A DNA stretch of 64,000 nt from Anaerolineaceae bacterium (lineage in GTDB: Bacteria; Chloroflexota; Anaerolineae; Anaerolineales; Anaerolineaceae): positions 434,011 through 498,010 of the forward strand of contig JAURZL010000007.1 in the NCBI GenBank assembly GCA_030653365.1, in the 5' to 3' direction. How positions within the stretch are numbered: position 1 is the first letter of the stretch; every line of letters starts with the position of its first letter. Both the position numbers and the translations under genes were made by a program. This document shows positions 18,139 through 28,356 of the stretch, piece after piece. Under the pieces are notes generated by a model. That model made no database searches and was not told the DNA's origin. It was given only the letters and a program-made list of their open reading frames with translations.

Positions 18139-19371
18139 TTAGATCCAAAAGAATTTTACCGGTTTCCCTTTAGGCACGGATTTTACACCAGCTGGAATAA
18201 TCAGTAAAGCATTTGCATAAACTAATGAAAAAATATTTCCGGAGCCCTGGTGACTGGCCAATTTTGCAAAATAAGTTCCTTCCTGATGATCTATTTTTGC
18301 CCGTAAATAACTTTCTCTACCGTCAGATTCAAGATCTTCCTTTAAGATTGCTGAATTAAGGATAATTTCTTCACTTAATCCCAGAAGCTGATTTATATAA
18401 GGTTTTATAAAAATTAATGCGGAAACAAAAGCAGACACCGGATTTCCTGGTAATCCAAAATAGGGAACACTTTTATACTCACCAAATGTCAGTGGTTTTC
18501 CTGGCCGAATATTTACTCTCCAAAAATTTAAACTTCCATCTTCAAGGATAACATCGCGAATATAGTCATAAACCCCGACACTGACGCCAGCTGTTGAAAC
18601 AATTAAATCGAATTTCAAGTCCGTGATTTTTTGAAATTTTTCTTTAATATCCAGATAATTATCTTTAGCAACGCCGAGATCAACCACTTTTGCACCGAAT
18701 GACTCAATTAATGTTTTTATTGTTATCGAGTTTGAGTCATAGATTTTTCCAGGATGCAATACTTCTCCCGGTTGAATGAGTTCATCACCAGAAGATAAAA
18801 GCGCTACCAATGGTTGTTGAATCGTTGGGACCTTATCAATTCCTTGAGCTGCAAGAACACCTAGATCCTGTGCACGTAATTTATGGCTTTTGGAAAATAA
18901 TTTTTCTCCAATTTGAATATCCTGACCTTGAGGCCGGATATAATCTCCAGGTTTTATAGTTTTGTTAACCAGAATTGTTTTTGGTAGAGCCTGTTGAGCA
19001 TACCGGTCTGAAAAATTAGTAAATTCCACCGGAACTACTGCATTCGAACCAAACGGCATGGGAGCACCTGTCATGATTCTGGATGCCTGACCTGAATAAA
19101 CTTTTAATTTCGGATCAGAACCTGCAGCGATATCTTCTATAATTTCCAGTTCCACAGGATCCTGATGACTTGCCTTCATCACATCTTTAGCTATAACTGC
19201 AAATCCGTCCATGCTTGAATTATCAAATGAAGGTAAATTAATTTCAGCATAGATATCTTGAGATAAGATTCTTCCATGGGATTGATGTAAGGGGAAAAGA
19301 GATCCTTCTTTTATCTTTGCTTTTTCCAGAATAATCTTCTTTGCTGCCTCAACTGATAATAATTTTTCCAA
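18139..19371 (-). CDS. moeA: Molybdopterin molybdenumtransferase MoeA
   Basis: 410 aa. SSMDGFAV, GDELIQPG and STAGVSVGVYDY motifs, plus the C-terminal MoeA domain IV. Confidence 0.9.
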   Translation of the reverse strand: MEKLLSVEAAKKIILEKAKIKEGSLFPLHQSHGRILSQDIYAEINLPSFDNSSMDGFAVIAKDVMKASHQDPVELEIIEDIAAGSDPKLKVYSGQASRIMTGAPMPFGSNAVVPVEFTNFSDRYAQQALPKTILVNKTIKPGDYIRPQGQDIQIGEKLFSKSHKLRAQDLGVLAAQGIDKVPTIQQPLVALLSSGDELIQPGEVLHPGKIYDSNSITIKTLIESFGAKVVDLGVAKDNYLDIKEKFQKITDLKFDLIVSTAGVSVGVYDYIRDVILEDGSLNFWRVNIRPGKPLTFGEYKSVPYFGLPGNPVSAFVSALIFIKPYINQLLGLSEEIILNSAILKEDLESDGRESYLRAKIDHQEGTYFAKLASHQGSGNIFSLVYANALLIIPAGVKSVPKGKPVKFFWI

Positions 19372-19386
19372 ATTTCATCCTCGTTG

Positions 19387-21618
19387 TTATGACGATCGCA
19401 TCCGGTAAGCTTCCATCACATTTGGTAAATTTTCAATTCTTGTCAGTAATTTACTTAATTGAGAAATATCACTCACTTCTACAACCAACTTAATAGTTGC
19501 TAAATTATGAGAAACTTTAAGTTCAATGTCAATTAGATTTCCACCCTCTGAGCTAAGAACATTAGAAATATCTCCCATTAATCCCTGGCGATCATAGGCT
19601 TTTACCTGGATGGCTACAGGATATGTTTTCTGAAGTTCTCCCCATGATACTTTAACTATTCTTTCACGATCATTCAAGCGCAACATATTTGGACAATCAG
19701 CTCTATGAATTGTTGCCCCGCGACCACGAGTTATATACCCAACAATGTCGTCTCCTGGTGCTGGCTTGCAGCAACGAGCCAATACGGTTAATAATCCTTT
19801 CAAACCAAGGACTGTGATTGAATCACTTGAAATTGGTTTATCTGAAGGTGGTTTAGGAATTAATAATGGATCTTCAGCGCCAGGCTCTGTGTCGATTAAT
19901 TGGTTGACAATCCGACTGATCGAGATATCTCCACACCCGATTCCAACAAATAAATCTTCCAGTTTTTTCAAATCAAAATTAGGTAATAGTTCTTCCAAAC
20001 TGGATGTTTTTAGACCTAATCTTTTGATTTCACGTTCTAACATGATCTTGCCTTGAGATGCATTCTGATCACGATCTTGTTTTTTAAACCAGTTTCTTAT
20101 TTTTGATTTTGCTCTTTGCGTCTTAACCAGACCTAAATTTGAATTCAACCAATCTCGGCTAGGTCCTCCCTGTTTTGCGGTTAGAATCTCAACTTGATCA
20201 CCTGTTTTGAGAGCATAATCTAATGAGACCAATTTTCCATTAATTTTTGCCCCACGACATCGATTTCCAATTTCAGTATGCACGTGGTAAGCAAAATCTA
20301 TGGGTGTAGCGCCAGATGATAAATCAATAATGTCTCCTCTTGGTGTGAAGATGTAAACACGATCCTGGAACACATCACTTTTCATGCCATCAACAAATTC
20401 CTGGGCGTCTTCAACTTCCTGACGCCATTCCATTAGCCGGCGCAACCAATTTATTCGTTGTTCATATGTTTGATCGCGAGGTCCTCGTTCTTTATATCGC
20501 CAATGTGCAGCTATACCAAATTCAGCATTTTGATGCATTTCTGATGTTCGAATTTGAACTTCGAGCGGCTTTCCATCTTCATAAATGATGGCAGTGTGCA
20601 AGCTCTGATAGAAATTATCTTTCGGCGCTGCAATGTAATCATCGAACTCATGCGGAATTGGCCGCCAATGGGTATGGATCACACCTAAAGCGGCATAACA
20701 ACTTGGAACATCGTCAACAATCAAACGTAGCCCGCGTAAATCCAGTACCATATCAAATGGTTTGTCTTTCTCGACCATTTTCTTATAAATGGAGTAAATA
20801 TGTTTTGATCTTCCAGAAATTTCTACATTCTTAATGCCAGCATTCAATAATATGCGACGTAAATTATCTTCAATTTGGTTGATTTCCTGTTCCCGATCAC
20901 CTCTACGAATTGAAAGATTATTTGCGATTTCTTTATATTTTTCAGAATTCACATACCGAAAACCAAGATCTTCTAATTCCCACTTTACTTGCCAAATACC
21001 AAGTCGATTCGCAAGCGGGGCAAAGATATCCAATGTCTCCTGTGCTATCCTTTTCCTTTTGGCTTCAGGCATATAACCGAGTGTGCGCATATTATGAAGA
21101 CGGTCAGCCAGTTTAATTAAGACAACTCTGATATCATCCCCCATTGCCAGAAAAACTTTTCTTAGTGTTTCATTGCTAAGGTCTTTTTTTCGATCCCGAA
21201 TCGATGGAAAGATATCCTCTGATAAATCATGTTCATCATTAAAATCATCAAAATCAGAATCCTTATGGGGCTTTGAAATCTGGTCTCCCCGTGAAACCCT
21301 TGGAAGATTGGTTAGCTTGGTAACGCCATCTACCAATCTTGAAATTTCCTCACCGAAATTATTCTTTACATCTAAAGTAGTCGTCGGACTATCTTCAACT
21401 GTATCATGCAATAAACCAGCAATCACTACTGCTGGGGGTACTTTGAGTTCAGCAAGAATCGCTGCAACTGAAACACAATGGGTAATGTAAGGTTCGCCGG
21501 AGACACGCGTTTGACCTTCGTGTGCTTTTTCTGCAAACTTATAGGCTTTCATAACCATTTCGCGGTCTACGAAATTATAGTTATCTGGTAATGAATCCAT
21601 TAATGCTTCAATTTTCAT
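19387..21618 (-). CDS. rel: Bifunctional (p)ppGpp synthetase/hydrolase Rel (RSH family)
   Basis: 743 aa. HD domain (HDTVED), synthetase domain (YQSLHTAI, EVQIRT), and TGS and ACT C-terminal domains. Confidence 0.95.
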   Translation of the reverse strand: MKIEALMDSLPDNYNFVDREMVMKAYKFAEKAHEGQTRVSGEPYITHCVSVAAILAELKVPPAVVIAGLLHDTVEDSPTTTLDVKNNFGEEISRLVDGVTKLTNLPRVSRGDQISKPHKDSDFDDFNDEHDLSEDIFPSIRDRKKDLSNETLRKVFLAMGDDIRVVLIKLADRLHNMRTLGYMPEAKRKRIAQETLDIFAPLANRLGIWQVKWELEDLGFRYVNSEKYKEIANNLSIRRGDREQEINQIEDNLRRILLNAGIKNVEISGRSKHIYSIYKKMVEKDKPFDMVLDLRGLRLIVDDVPSCYAALGVIHTHWRPIPHEFDDYIAAPKDNFYQSLHTAIIYEDGKPLEVQIRTSEMHQNAEFGIAAHWRYKERGPRDQTYEQRINWLRRLMEWRQEVEDAQEFVDGMKSDVFQDRVYIFTPRGDIIDLSSGATPIDFAYHVHTEIGNRCRGAKINGKLVSLDYALKTGDQVEILTAKQGGPSRDWLNSNLGLVKTQRAKSKIRNWFKKQDRDQNASQGKIMLEREIKRLGLKTSSLEELLPNFDLKKLEDLFVGIGCGDISISRIVNQLIDTEPGAEDPLLIPKPPSDKPISSDSITVLGLKGLLTVLARCCKPAPGDDIVGYITRGRGATIHRADCPNMLRLNDRERIVKVSWGELQKTYPVAIQVKAYDRQGLMGDISNVLSSEGGNLIDIELKVSHNLATIKLVVEVSDISQLSKLLTRIENLPNVMEAYRMRSS

Positions 21619-21761
21619 GTGGTATTCTCTCCTGGTAGATTATATCCAAGAAAATGAAATTAATTTTGGGATTGTCAAGTATTTCGGACTTTCAGAAGCA
21701 ACCAAACAGAACAAACAGTTTAAGTGAAATAATTTTTGATTTTCAAATTTGAATAGAAAAA

Positions 21762-22928
21762 TTATTTCAATAACTCCTGACCACTAAAATCACGGTACGG
21801 GGAAACATATGGCAAAATTTCAAGGTCTTGTTTGGTCAATTCATTGGAAACGAAACGTTGTAAGAGCTCACCCATTCCCGGTCCCAACATGAATCCCTGC
21901 CCACAACTGCCAGCTGCCAATAAAAATCCTTTGGTTTTGTTTGACCAGCCAATAATCGGAAATCCATCAGGAGTCATTGGATACAAACCGCGCCAAGTTC
22001 TCCGAACGCGTATATTTTTCAATCTAGGCATAACTTCTATCATTCTTTTAGCCACCATAGGTAAAAATTCACTCGTTTCTTCCACATTAAAACCCCAAAT
22101 ATTGGGTTTTGGCGTAATGCAAAAAATGATTTGTCCAGTCGAATGCTGGTAGAAATAAAAATTAGATGAACCTGGTTGCGGTCGGATATCAACAACCATT
22201 GGATTCAAGAAATGAGAGACAGATTCCGTGATGGCTGCTTCATGACTATCCGGTTCAACCGGGGTTTCTTCATTAACCAGATTCGATACATGTTTTGCCC
22301 ATGGTCCGGCCGCATTAATGACTACATCAGTTCCATACGTCGAAGCATTTGTCTTTACCCCAATAATTCTTCCATTTGCGATAATTATTTCTTGAACGTC
22401 TTCATTAAAATGAAATTCTGCACCCAGTTGGGTTGCATGTCGATAAAAAGCATGTGTTGCTAATAAAGGTGATGCACTCCCATCATCCGGAGAAAATGTC
22501 CCACCTATTAATCCATTAGGGTTGATATCAGGAACAATCTTAATGAATTCTTTTTTGTCAAGCCAATCAATATTCAAACCAAATTCTTTTTGTTTACGCA
22601 AAAGATTCTTCAGCGTTTTTTCTTCTTGTTCTCGATAAGCAACAAATGTATAACCACCCTGAAACCAATCTATATCATCCCCATAAACCTCTTTCCAAGA
22701 TGAAAATATCTCTAAAGACCGTAGACATAATCGGATTTTTGCTGGATCAGAGTGGGTTGCCCGAATACCGCCAATTGCGCGTTTTGAAGAGCCTTGGCCA
22801 ACACTGGGGAATTTATCTAATACAAGCGTTTTTAAGCCGGATTTTGCTAGGAAAAATGCCGTAGGAGCTCCAATAGACCCTGCTCCAATGATTATCACAT
22901 CAAAATGGGGTGTATTCATTTTACTCAT
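21762..22928 (-). CDS. FAD-dependent oxidoreductase, DAO family (sarcosine oxidase beta / L-proline dehydrogenase beta-like)
   Basis: 388 aa. N-terminal dinucleotide fold VIIIGAGSIGAPTA. 8-nt overlap with the upstream partner gene. Confidence 0.8.
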   Translation of the reverse strand: MSKMNTPHFDVIIIGAGSIGAPTAFFLAKSGLKTLVLDKFPSVGQGSSKRAIGGIRATHSDPAKIRLCLRSLEIFSSWKEVYGDDIDWFQGGYTFVAYREQEEKTLKNLLRKQKEFGLNIDWLDKKEFIKIVPDINPNGLIGGTFSPDDGSASPLLATHAFYRHATQLGAEFHFNEDVQEIIIANGRIIGVKTNASTYGTDVVINAAGPWAKHVSNLVNEETPVEPDSHEAAITESVSHFLNPMVVDIRPQPGSSNFYFYQHSTGQIIFCITPKPNIWGFNVEETSEFLPMVAKRMIEVMPRLKNIRVRRTWRGLYPMTPDGFPIIGWSNKTKGFLLAAGSCGQGFMLGPGMGELLQRFVSNELTKQDLEILPYVSPYRDFSGQELLK

Positions 22929-25020
22929 CTATATGTTCCTCATCATTGTTAATTCCTGCAAATAATCCCAATGGAACTTCCATAAATAAAGGTCTTTTTG
23001 TTTGATCAGTAACTTCTTCTTCCGAGATACCCTCTTCTCTGAAAATACGTTTAATAATAGATGCGCAAGTCTTCGCACCGCAGGACCCCATTCCGGCTCT
23101 TGTAACAGTTTTAATTTCATTAAAATCCCTTATCCCTTGACGGATAAGGGATCGAATTTCCCCTGCTTTAACTCGTTCACACCGACAAACGATCATATCA
23201 TCATCTACGTGCCGAATATATTGGTCCATGGGATGCGTGATTTGACTTTCCTGCATTCGTATTCCTGCGATTTTGATTGCAGTTTCTCGGGGGGCTTGTA
23301 CATGAACAACCAAAGTTCTATCACTGGAAGGAATTGTGTGAACTGACATAACTTCATATTCACCTAAAGGATTTCCTTCTGTATCCATTGCCATTACTAA
23401 ATCTTTTTCTTGGATTGGATCGCGATTGAATTCATAAGGGATTGAAACTGTTGGCATTTCCAGATTGTTTCTGTAATCGACCAGGGTGATGGCCAACCCG
23501 GGACAACCAGCCACACATTGTTCACACACTTCACAACAAAAGCCATTACCCAAAAAGGTTGGTACACTGCGGATATCTTTTTGGTCTATGTATATCAGAC
23601 CATGTGGACAAAGATCTGCACAAGGGTTGCAGGGTATTTCCTGGGTGCAATGAATGATAGGAAATACACCTTCTTCGAATTCAGGAAGTTCTATTTTCTT
23701 ATTGGCTCCTGGTTTTGATTTGAGGATTTCAGATGTGCGATACCAGGAATCTGGTACTTCACCAACCTGAATACCAAGTGCTCTTGCAATTTCTCTGCCA
23801 CGAATTTTTCCAGCGATAATTGCTGCAGATGCTTCAGCTATTTCTTCAGCATCACCAGCCACAAATGTTGAAATCCCGTATTCCATCCCTTTTTTATAAA
23901 ATTCATTTACAGGATCTAATCCAACTGCGACAAGAATGCTGTCACACTCAAATGATTTTTCAGTACCAAAAATTGGTTGAAATTTATCATCGACCTGACT
24001 TATTGTAACGGATTCGACTTTGTCATTACCGTTTGCACTAATTATGGTGTGTGAAGTGAGGATTGGAACTCCCATTCGTAATAATTTATCTTTATGGACT
24101 TTGTAACCGCCACAATCTGGCAATGCTTCTACCAATCCAACAACACCAATTCCTGCCTGTAACGCGTGATAACCAGTAATTAGACCGACATTTCCTCCAC
24201 CAATAATGAATAATTTTTCAGCAGGACGAACAAGATCACGATTAACCAGGGTTTGGAAAGCTCCAGCACCATAAACCCCTGGCAGTGTATTCCCTTTGAA
24301 TGTAATAAATTTTTCTCTGGCACCAGAAGCAACTAATAGTATTTCGGGTTTTATCAGAATATATGTTTCTCCATCCTTTAAAACACCGACTTTCTTGTCA
24401 GAAAAAACAGCCAAAGCGGTTGAATTTAACCAAATATCAACACAAGAATAGGTTCTCAACTCGTCTTCTAATTTTGTTGCTATATCTATACCGCGCGTGC
24501 CTGCAAAGACAGCCTGTGTCGAACCAAAAAAACGATGGGTTTGCAGAACCAGTTTTCCCCCAAGGCGGTGTTTATCATCAATTAATATGGCTTGAATTCC
24601 CAATTTCGCCAGTTCCAAAGCAGCAGACAATCCAGCAGGACCACCACCAATGATTAATAATGGAATACTCAATTCGTGAATATTATCCATTTCTATTGGG
24701 TCATCAACTTTTGGCAAGACAGGAAAACCAATGAGTGGCTCAACTGACATTCCTTCCCCTACTTCTTCCATACATGCTTTTATTGGTATTCCATTCACCA
24801 TGACCATGCATTGAGAACATTGACCATTAGCACAGAATATTCCTTGTGGTGAATGATCTTTGTAATGATGACCAAAAACACGAATTCCATTGGCAAAAAG
24901 AGCTGCTGAAATTGTCTCACCTTTTTTTGCCGGTAAAACATTACCATTCCAATTGAAATTTATACTGGTTGTTTCCGGAATTTTTAAAATTGGATGTTTT
25001 TTTATTCTAAAATCAGTCAT
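22921..25020 (-). CDS. Multi-cofactor flavoprotein: 2Fe-2S N-domain, FAD/NAD(P) pyridine-nucleotide-disulfide oxidoreductase, Cys-rich 4Fe-4S-like segment and BFD-like [2Fe-2S] domain
   Basis: 699 aa. CANGQCSQCMV (2Fe-2S-type), IIGGGPAGLSAA and IIGGGNVGL Rossmann motifs, CNPCADLCP...CEVCEQCVAGCP, and a C-terminal CRCERV...GSCGAKTC (BFD-like). Confidence 0.75.
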   Translation of the reverse strand: MTDFRIKKHPILKIPETTSINFNWNGNVLPAKKGETISAALFANGIRVFGHHYKDHSPQGIFCANGQCSQCMVMVNGIPIKACMEEVGEGMSVEPLIGFPVLPKVDDPIEMDNIHELSIPLLIIGGGPAGLSAALELAKLGIQAILIDDKHRLGGKLVLQTHRFFGSTQAVFAGTRGIDIATKLEDELRTYSCVDIWLNSTALAVFSDKKVGVLKDGETYILIKPEILLVASGAREKFITFKGNTLPGVYGAGAFQTLVNRDLVRPAEKLFIIGGGNVGLITGYHALQAGIGVVGLVEALPDCGGYKVHKDKLLRMGVPILTSHTIISANGNDKVESVTISQVDDKFQPIFGTEKSFECDSILVAVGLDPVNEFYKKGMEYGISTFVAGDAEEIAEASAAIIAGKIRGREIARALGIQVGEVPDSWYRTSEILKSKPGANKKIELPEFEEGVFPIIHCTQEIPCNPCADLCPHGLIYIDQKDIRSVPTFLGNGFCCEVCEQCVAGCPGLAITLVDYRNNLEMPTVSIPYEFNRDPIQEKDLVMAMDTEGNPLGEYEVMSVHTIPSSDRTLVVHVQAPRETAIKIAGIRMQESQITHPMDQYIRHVDDDMIVCRCERVKAGEIRSLIRQGIRDFNEIKTVTRAGMGSCGAKTCASIIKRIFREEGISEEEVTDQTKRPLFMEVPLGLFAGINNDEEHIDE

Positions 25021-25279
25021 ATAAACCCTTTGTACGGTTACTTAAGAATCGCATTGATTTATTATATTGATTGTGTAAACCTGTTAATTTAAGAAATGTT
25101 AACCACCGTAATATTACATAATTTTGAAAAAGATTTATACTGTAAGAGTACATAAATTTTTATCTTAACTGTCATGAATTTTTTATTTTATTGTTAACAA
25201 CAAAATGAACAAAGGTTCTGTGTAAAAAATTTGTGATAGAATTTTCTAATTAATTACCAATATCTGGGAGGAAATTCCT

Positions 25280-26248
25280 ATGAAGAAAATTGCAGTTTTG
25301 ACGAGTGGTGGTGATGCGCCTGGTATGAATGGAGCTATTCGCGCTGTTGTCAGGTCAGGGGCATCAAAAGGATGGGAAGTTTACGGGATCAAAAATGGGT
25401 ATTCTGGTTTACTGTCTGGAAATTTCATTCAATTAGGTCCAAGAGATGTTGGTGGAATTATGCAAAGAGGCGGCACAATGCTGGGGAGTGCTCGATCGCT
25501 TGAATTCAAAACCGATTCAGGTCAAAAGAAGGCAATTAGAAATCTAAATTCTATGGGAATTGAAGGATTGATTGTTATTGGGGGAAATGGATCTCAAACG
25601 GGTTCGTATAAATTATTTCAATTAGGCTTTCCAGTGGTTGGCGTAGCGTCAACGATAGACAATGATTTGTATGGATCAGAAATTACAATTGGTGTCGACA
25701 CAGCTTTAAATATTGCATTGGAAGCGGTTGACCGTTTGAAAATTACTGCATCTTCTCATCAACGAGCTTTTCTTTTGGAAGTTATGGGGCGCGATTGTGG
25801 GTATCTTGCGCTTATGACAGCTCTGGCTGGTGGTGCAGAAGCAGTTATTATTCCTGAGGTTCCAACCAATCCGGAGGAAATTGCAAAAAAAATAGGTGCA
25901 GCATATGAAAAGGGAAAGGCTCATGCAATCGTTATCGTAGCAGAAGGGGCTGAGTATAATGCTGAGAAATTATCCAATCATTTTAAAGAACATCAGGAAA
26001 CATTAGGGTTTGATTTGCGTGTAGCGATCCTTGGCCATATCCAAAGAGGTGGGGATCCTTCAGCATACGACAGAATTCTAGCCAGCCGGTTAGGCGCAGG
26101 TGCAGTTGAGGCTATGGCGAATGGTAACTATGGTGTTTTAACCGGATGGATACATTCAAAAATTACGTATACTCCTTTGGAAGAGGTTGTAGCCAACAAG
26201 AAGACACTTGATAAAGCGTTAATTGAATTAGCAGCCGTGTTGGATTAA
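25280..26248 (+). CDS. pfkA: ATP-dependent 6-phosphofructokinase
   Basis: 322 aa. TSGGDAPGMNGAIRAVV, GGNGS, STIDNDL and MGRDCG motifs. GGGAGG SD. Confidence 0.95.
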   Translation: MKKIAVLTSGGDAPGMNGAIRAVVRSGASKGWEVYGIKNGYSGLLSGNFIQLGPRDVGGIMQRGGTMLGSARSLEFKTDSGQKKAIRNLNSMGIEGLIVIGGNGSQTGSYKLFQLGFPVVGVASTIDNDLYGSEITIGVDTALNIALEAVDRLKITASSHQRAFLLEVMGRDCGYLALMTALAGGAEAVIIPEVPTNPEEIAKKIGAAYEKGKAHAIVIVAEGAEYNAEKLSNHFKEHQETLGFDLRVAILGHIQRGGDPSAYDRILASRLGAGAVEAMANGNYGVLTGWIHSKITYTPLEEVVANKKTLDKALIELAAVLD

Positions 26249-26273
26249 GAATTCAATTATATTAAAAATAAAA

Positions 26274-26308
26274 ATCATATCTCATGGGTTATTGAGGTAT
26301 GATTTTTT
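26274..26308. terminator. Bidirectional intrinsic terminator between pfkA and prfB
   Basis: ATCATATCTCA-tggttat-region-TGAGGTATGAT: an 11-bp stem with one G-T pair, preceded by an A tract and followed by TTTTT. Confidence 0.6.
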
Positions 26309-26324
26309 CTTAACTTGAAAAAAA

Positions 26325-27411
26325 TTAGTTGATCGTAAATTTGAGATATGATTCAATAAAACTATTCAAGTCTCCATCCAAGACAGCATTTACATTACCC
26401 ACTTCATGGTCGGTTCGATGGTCCTTTGCGAGTTGATAAGGATGAAGAACGTAAGATCTGATTTGGCTTCCCCATTCAGCTTTTTGATAAGCCCCTCGAA
26501 ACCCGGATAATTCTTTTTCTTGCTCTTCCCGCTTGATCTCAAGCAATTTTGCTTTTAATACCCGAAATGCATTCTCTCGATTTTGAAGCTGAGAGCGTTC
26601 ATTTTGGCAGGTGACAATAATGCCGGTAGGAATATGAACCAATCGAATGGCTGTGCTGGTTTTTTGAACATTTTGACCACCAGCCCCTGAAGATTTAAAG
26701 ACATCAATACGCACATCCTCTTGTGGAATATGGATTGGCATATCATCCAAAATTAAGTCCGGCAAAATTTCAACTTGTGCAAATGAAGTATGTCGGCGAT
26801 GAGCTGCATCAAATGGAGATAATCTCACGAGGCGATGAACACCTTTTTCAGATTTCAAGTACCCATAAGCATATTTGCCATTGATTGCAATTGTGACGCT
26901 TTTAATCCCCGCCTCTTCCCCAACAGAGCGGTCGAGAATTTCTGCATCGAAGTTGTTTTTTTCTGCCCATCGAAGATACATACGCTCGAGCATTTCTGCC
27001 CAATCTTGCGAATCAGTTCCTCCAGCACCAGCATGGATTGCTAAAAGAGCATTTCCATGATCATATTTTTCTGCCAGTAGTGTACTTAATTCTAATTGAT
27101 CTAGCAGTTTTTCAATTACAATCAATTCGCTTTCAAGGTCTGAACGAATAGACTCATCGTTCATTTGAGCTAAATCATGTGAATCGATTATTTTTTGATT
27201 TAGCTCTTCAAGTTTCTGAATTTCTTCCCGGAGCTCGACGATCTGTTTTAAGATCCCTTGAGCTTTGTCTTGATCATCCCAAAGTGAAGGATTTTCAGCT
27301 AATTTTTCAAACTCAACAAGTTTTGATTTCTTCTCCGGTAAGTCAAAGATGCTCCAGGAGATCATTTATTTTGACAATATAATTTGCCAATCGATCAATT
27401 ATGTCTTGCAT
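26325..27411 (-). CDS. prfB: Peptide chain release factor 2, expressed through a programmed +1 ribosomal frameshift
   Basis: Frame 0 runs from ATG 27411 (MQDIIDRLANYIVKINDLLEHL) into the in-frame TGA at 27345-27343 within CTT TGA C. The +1 frame continues DLPEKKSKL... into the tracked ORF. SPF and GGQ motifs are present. GGAG SD lies before the ATG. Confidence 0.9.
27343..27348 (-). other. prfB +1 frameshift site CTT TGA (C), with an internal SD-like GGAG 3 nt upstream
   Basis: The minus strand reads CTC CTG GAG CAT CTT TGA C, the same slippery-codon/stop/C context as the classical prfB recoding site. Confidence 0.85.
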
Positions 27412-27425
27412 TAATTACTCCAAAA

Positions 27426-28334
27426 TTAATTTAATAAACCATCCACAAATGCGCCAGGGCTAAATTCTTGAAAATCTTCTGGTTTTTCTCCAAGACCGGC
27501 AAACAAGATCGGAAGATTAAGTTCTTTCTGTATCGCAAAAGCCATTCCGCCTTTTGCTGATGAATCCAGTTTGGTAAGAATTACACCGCTGATATTGACT
27601 GCATCCTTAAAAGCTCGTGCTTGCATCAGCGCATTTTGGCCTGTTGTTGCATCCAACACAAGCCATGTCGCATGGGGAGCTCCAGGCAATGCTTTATCAA
27701 TCACACGATTAATTTTTTTTAATTCTTCCATTAGGTTAAATCTGGTATGTAAACGTCCAGCGGTATCAACAAAAACAAGATCATATTGTTTAGAAATTCC
27801 AGCCTGCACTGAATCATATGCCACAGAACCGGGATCGGCATTTGGTTGACCCGATATTACTGGAATATCAAGCCGTTCTCCCCAAACTTCTAATTGTTCG
27901 ACTGCAGCTGCCCGAAAGGTATCTGCTGCAGCAAAAAGAACTTTATTGCCTTGATCTTTAAATTTTTTCCCTAATTTTGCGAGAGTAGTCGTTTTACCAG
28001 ATCCATTAACCCCTACAACCAGGATTACTGCTGGTTTATGTGGTGAAAAATCGGGTATTTCAGGCACAATTAGTTTTGATTGAAGTTCGATTGCCAGATA
28101 TTTACGCAAATCTTCTGTTGTTGTAATCCCTTCGATGTCCACTTTTTTAATTAATTCTGAGATGATTGTGCTGGTTGTATCAATACCAATGTCTGCTTGA
28201 ATCAGCATTGATTCCAACTCATCCCAGGTGTCGATTGTTATTTCTGTTGCACCAAAAAAGTTTGCAATTCGGCCAAAGGCTACTTTCCTTGTACGTTCCA
28301 GTCCCAACTTCCATTTATTAATTAAATCTGCCAT
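27426..28334 (-). CDS. ftsY: Signal recognition particle receptor FtsY (short form, NG domain only)
   Basis: 302 aa. GVNGSGKTTT, DTAGR and TKLD GTPase motifs of SRP-type GTPases. Confidence 0.95.
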   Translation of the reverse strand: MADLINKWKLGLERTRKVAFGRIANFFGATEITIDTWDELESMLIQADIGIDTTSTIISELIKKVDIEGITTTEDLRKYLAIELQSKLIVPEIPDFSPHKPAVILVVGVNGSGKTTTLAKLGKKFKDQGNKVLFAAADTFRAAAVEQLEVWGERLDIPVISGQPNADPGSVAYDSVQAGISKQYDLVFVDTAGRLHTRFNLMEELKKINRVIDKALPGAPHATWLVLDATTGQNALMQARAFKDAVNISGVILTKLDSSAKGGMAFAIQKELNLPILFAGLGEKPEDFQEFSPGAFVDGLLN

Positions 28335-28356
28335 AGCGTGAGATTATATCATAAGG

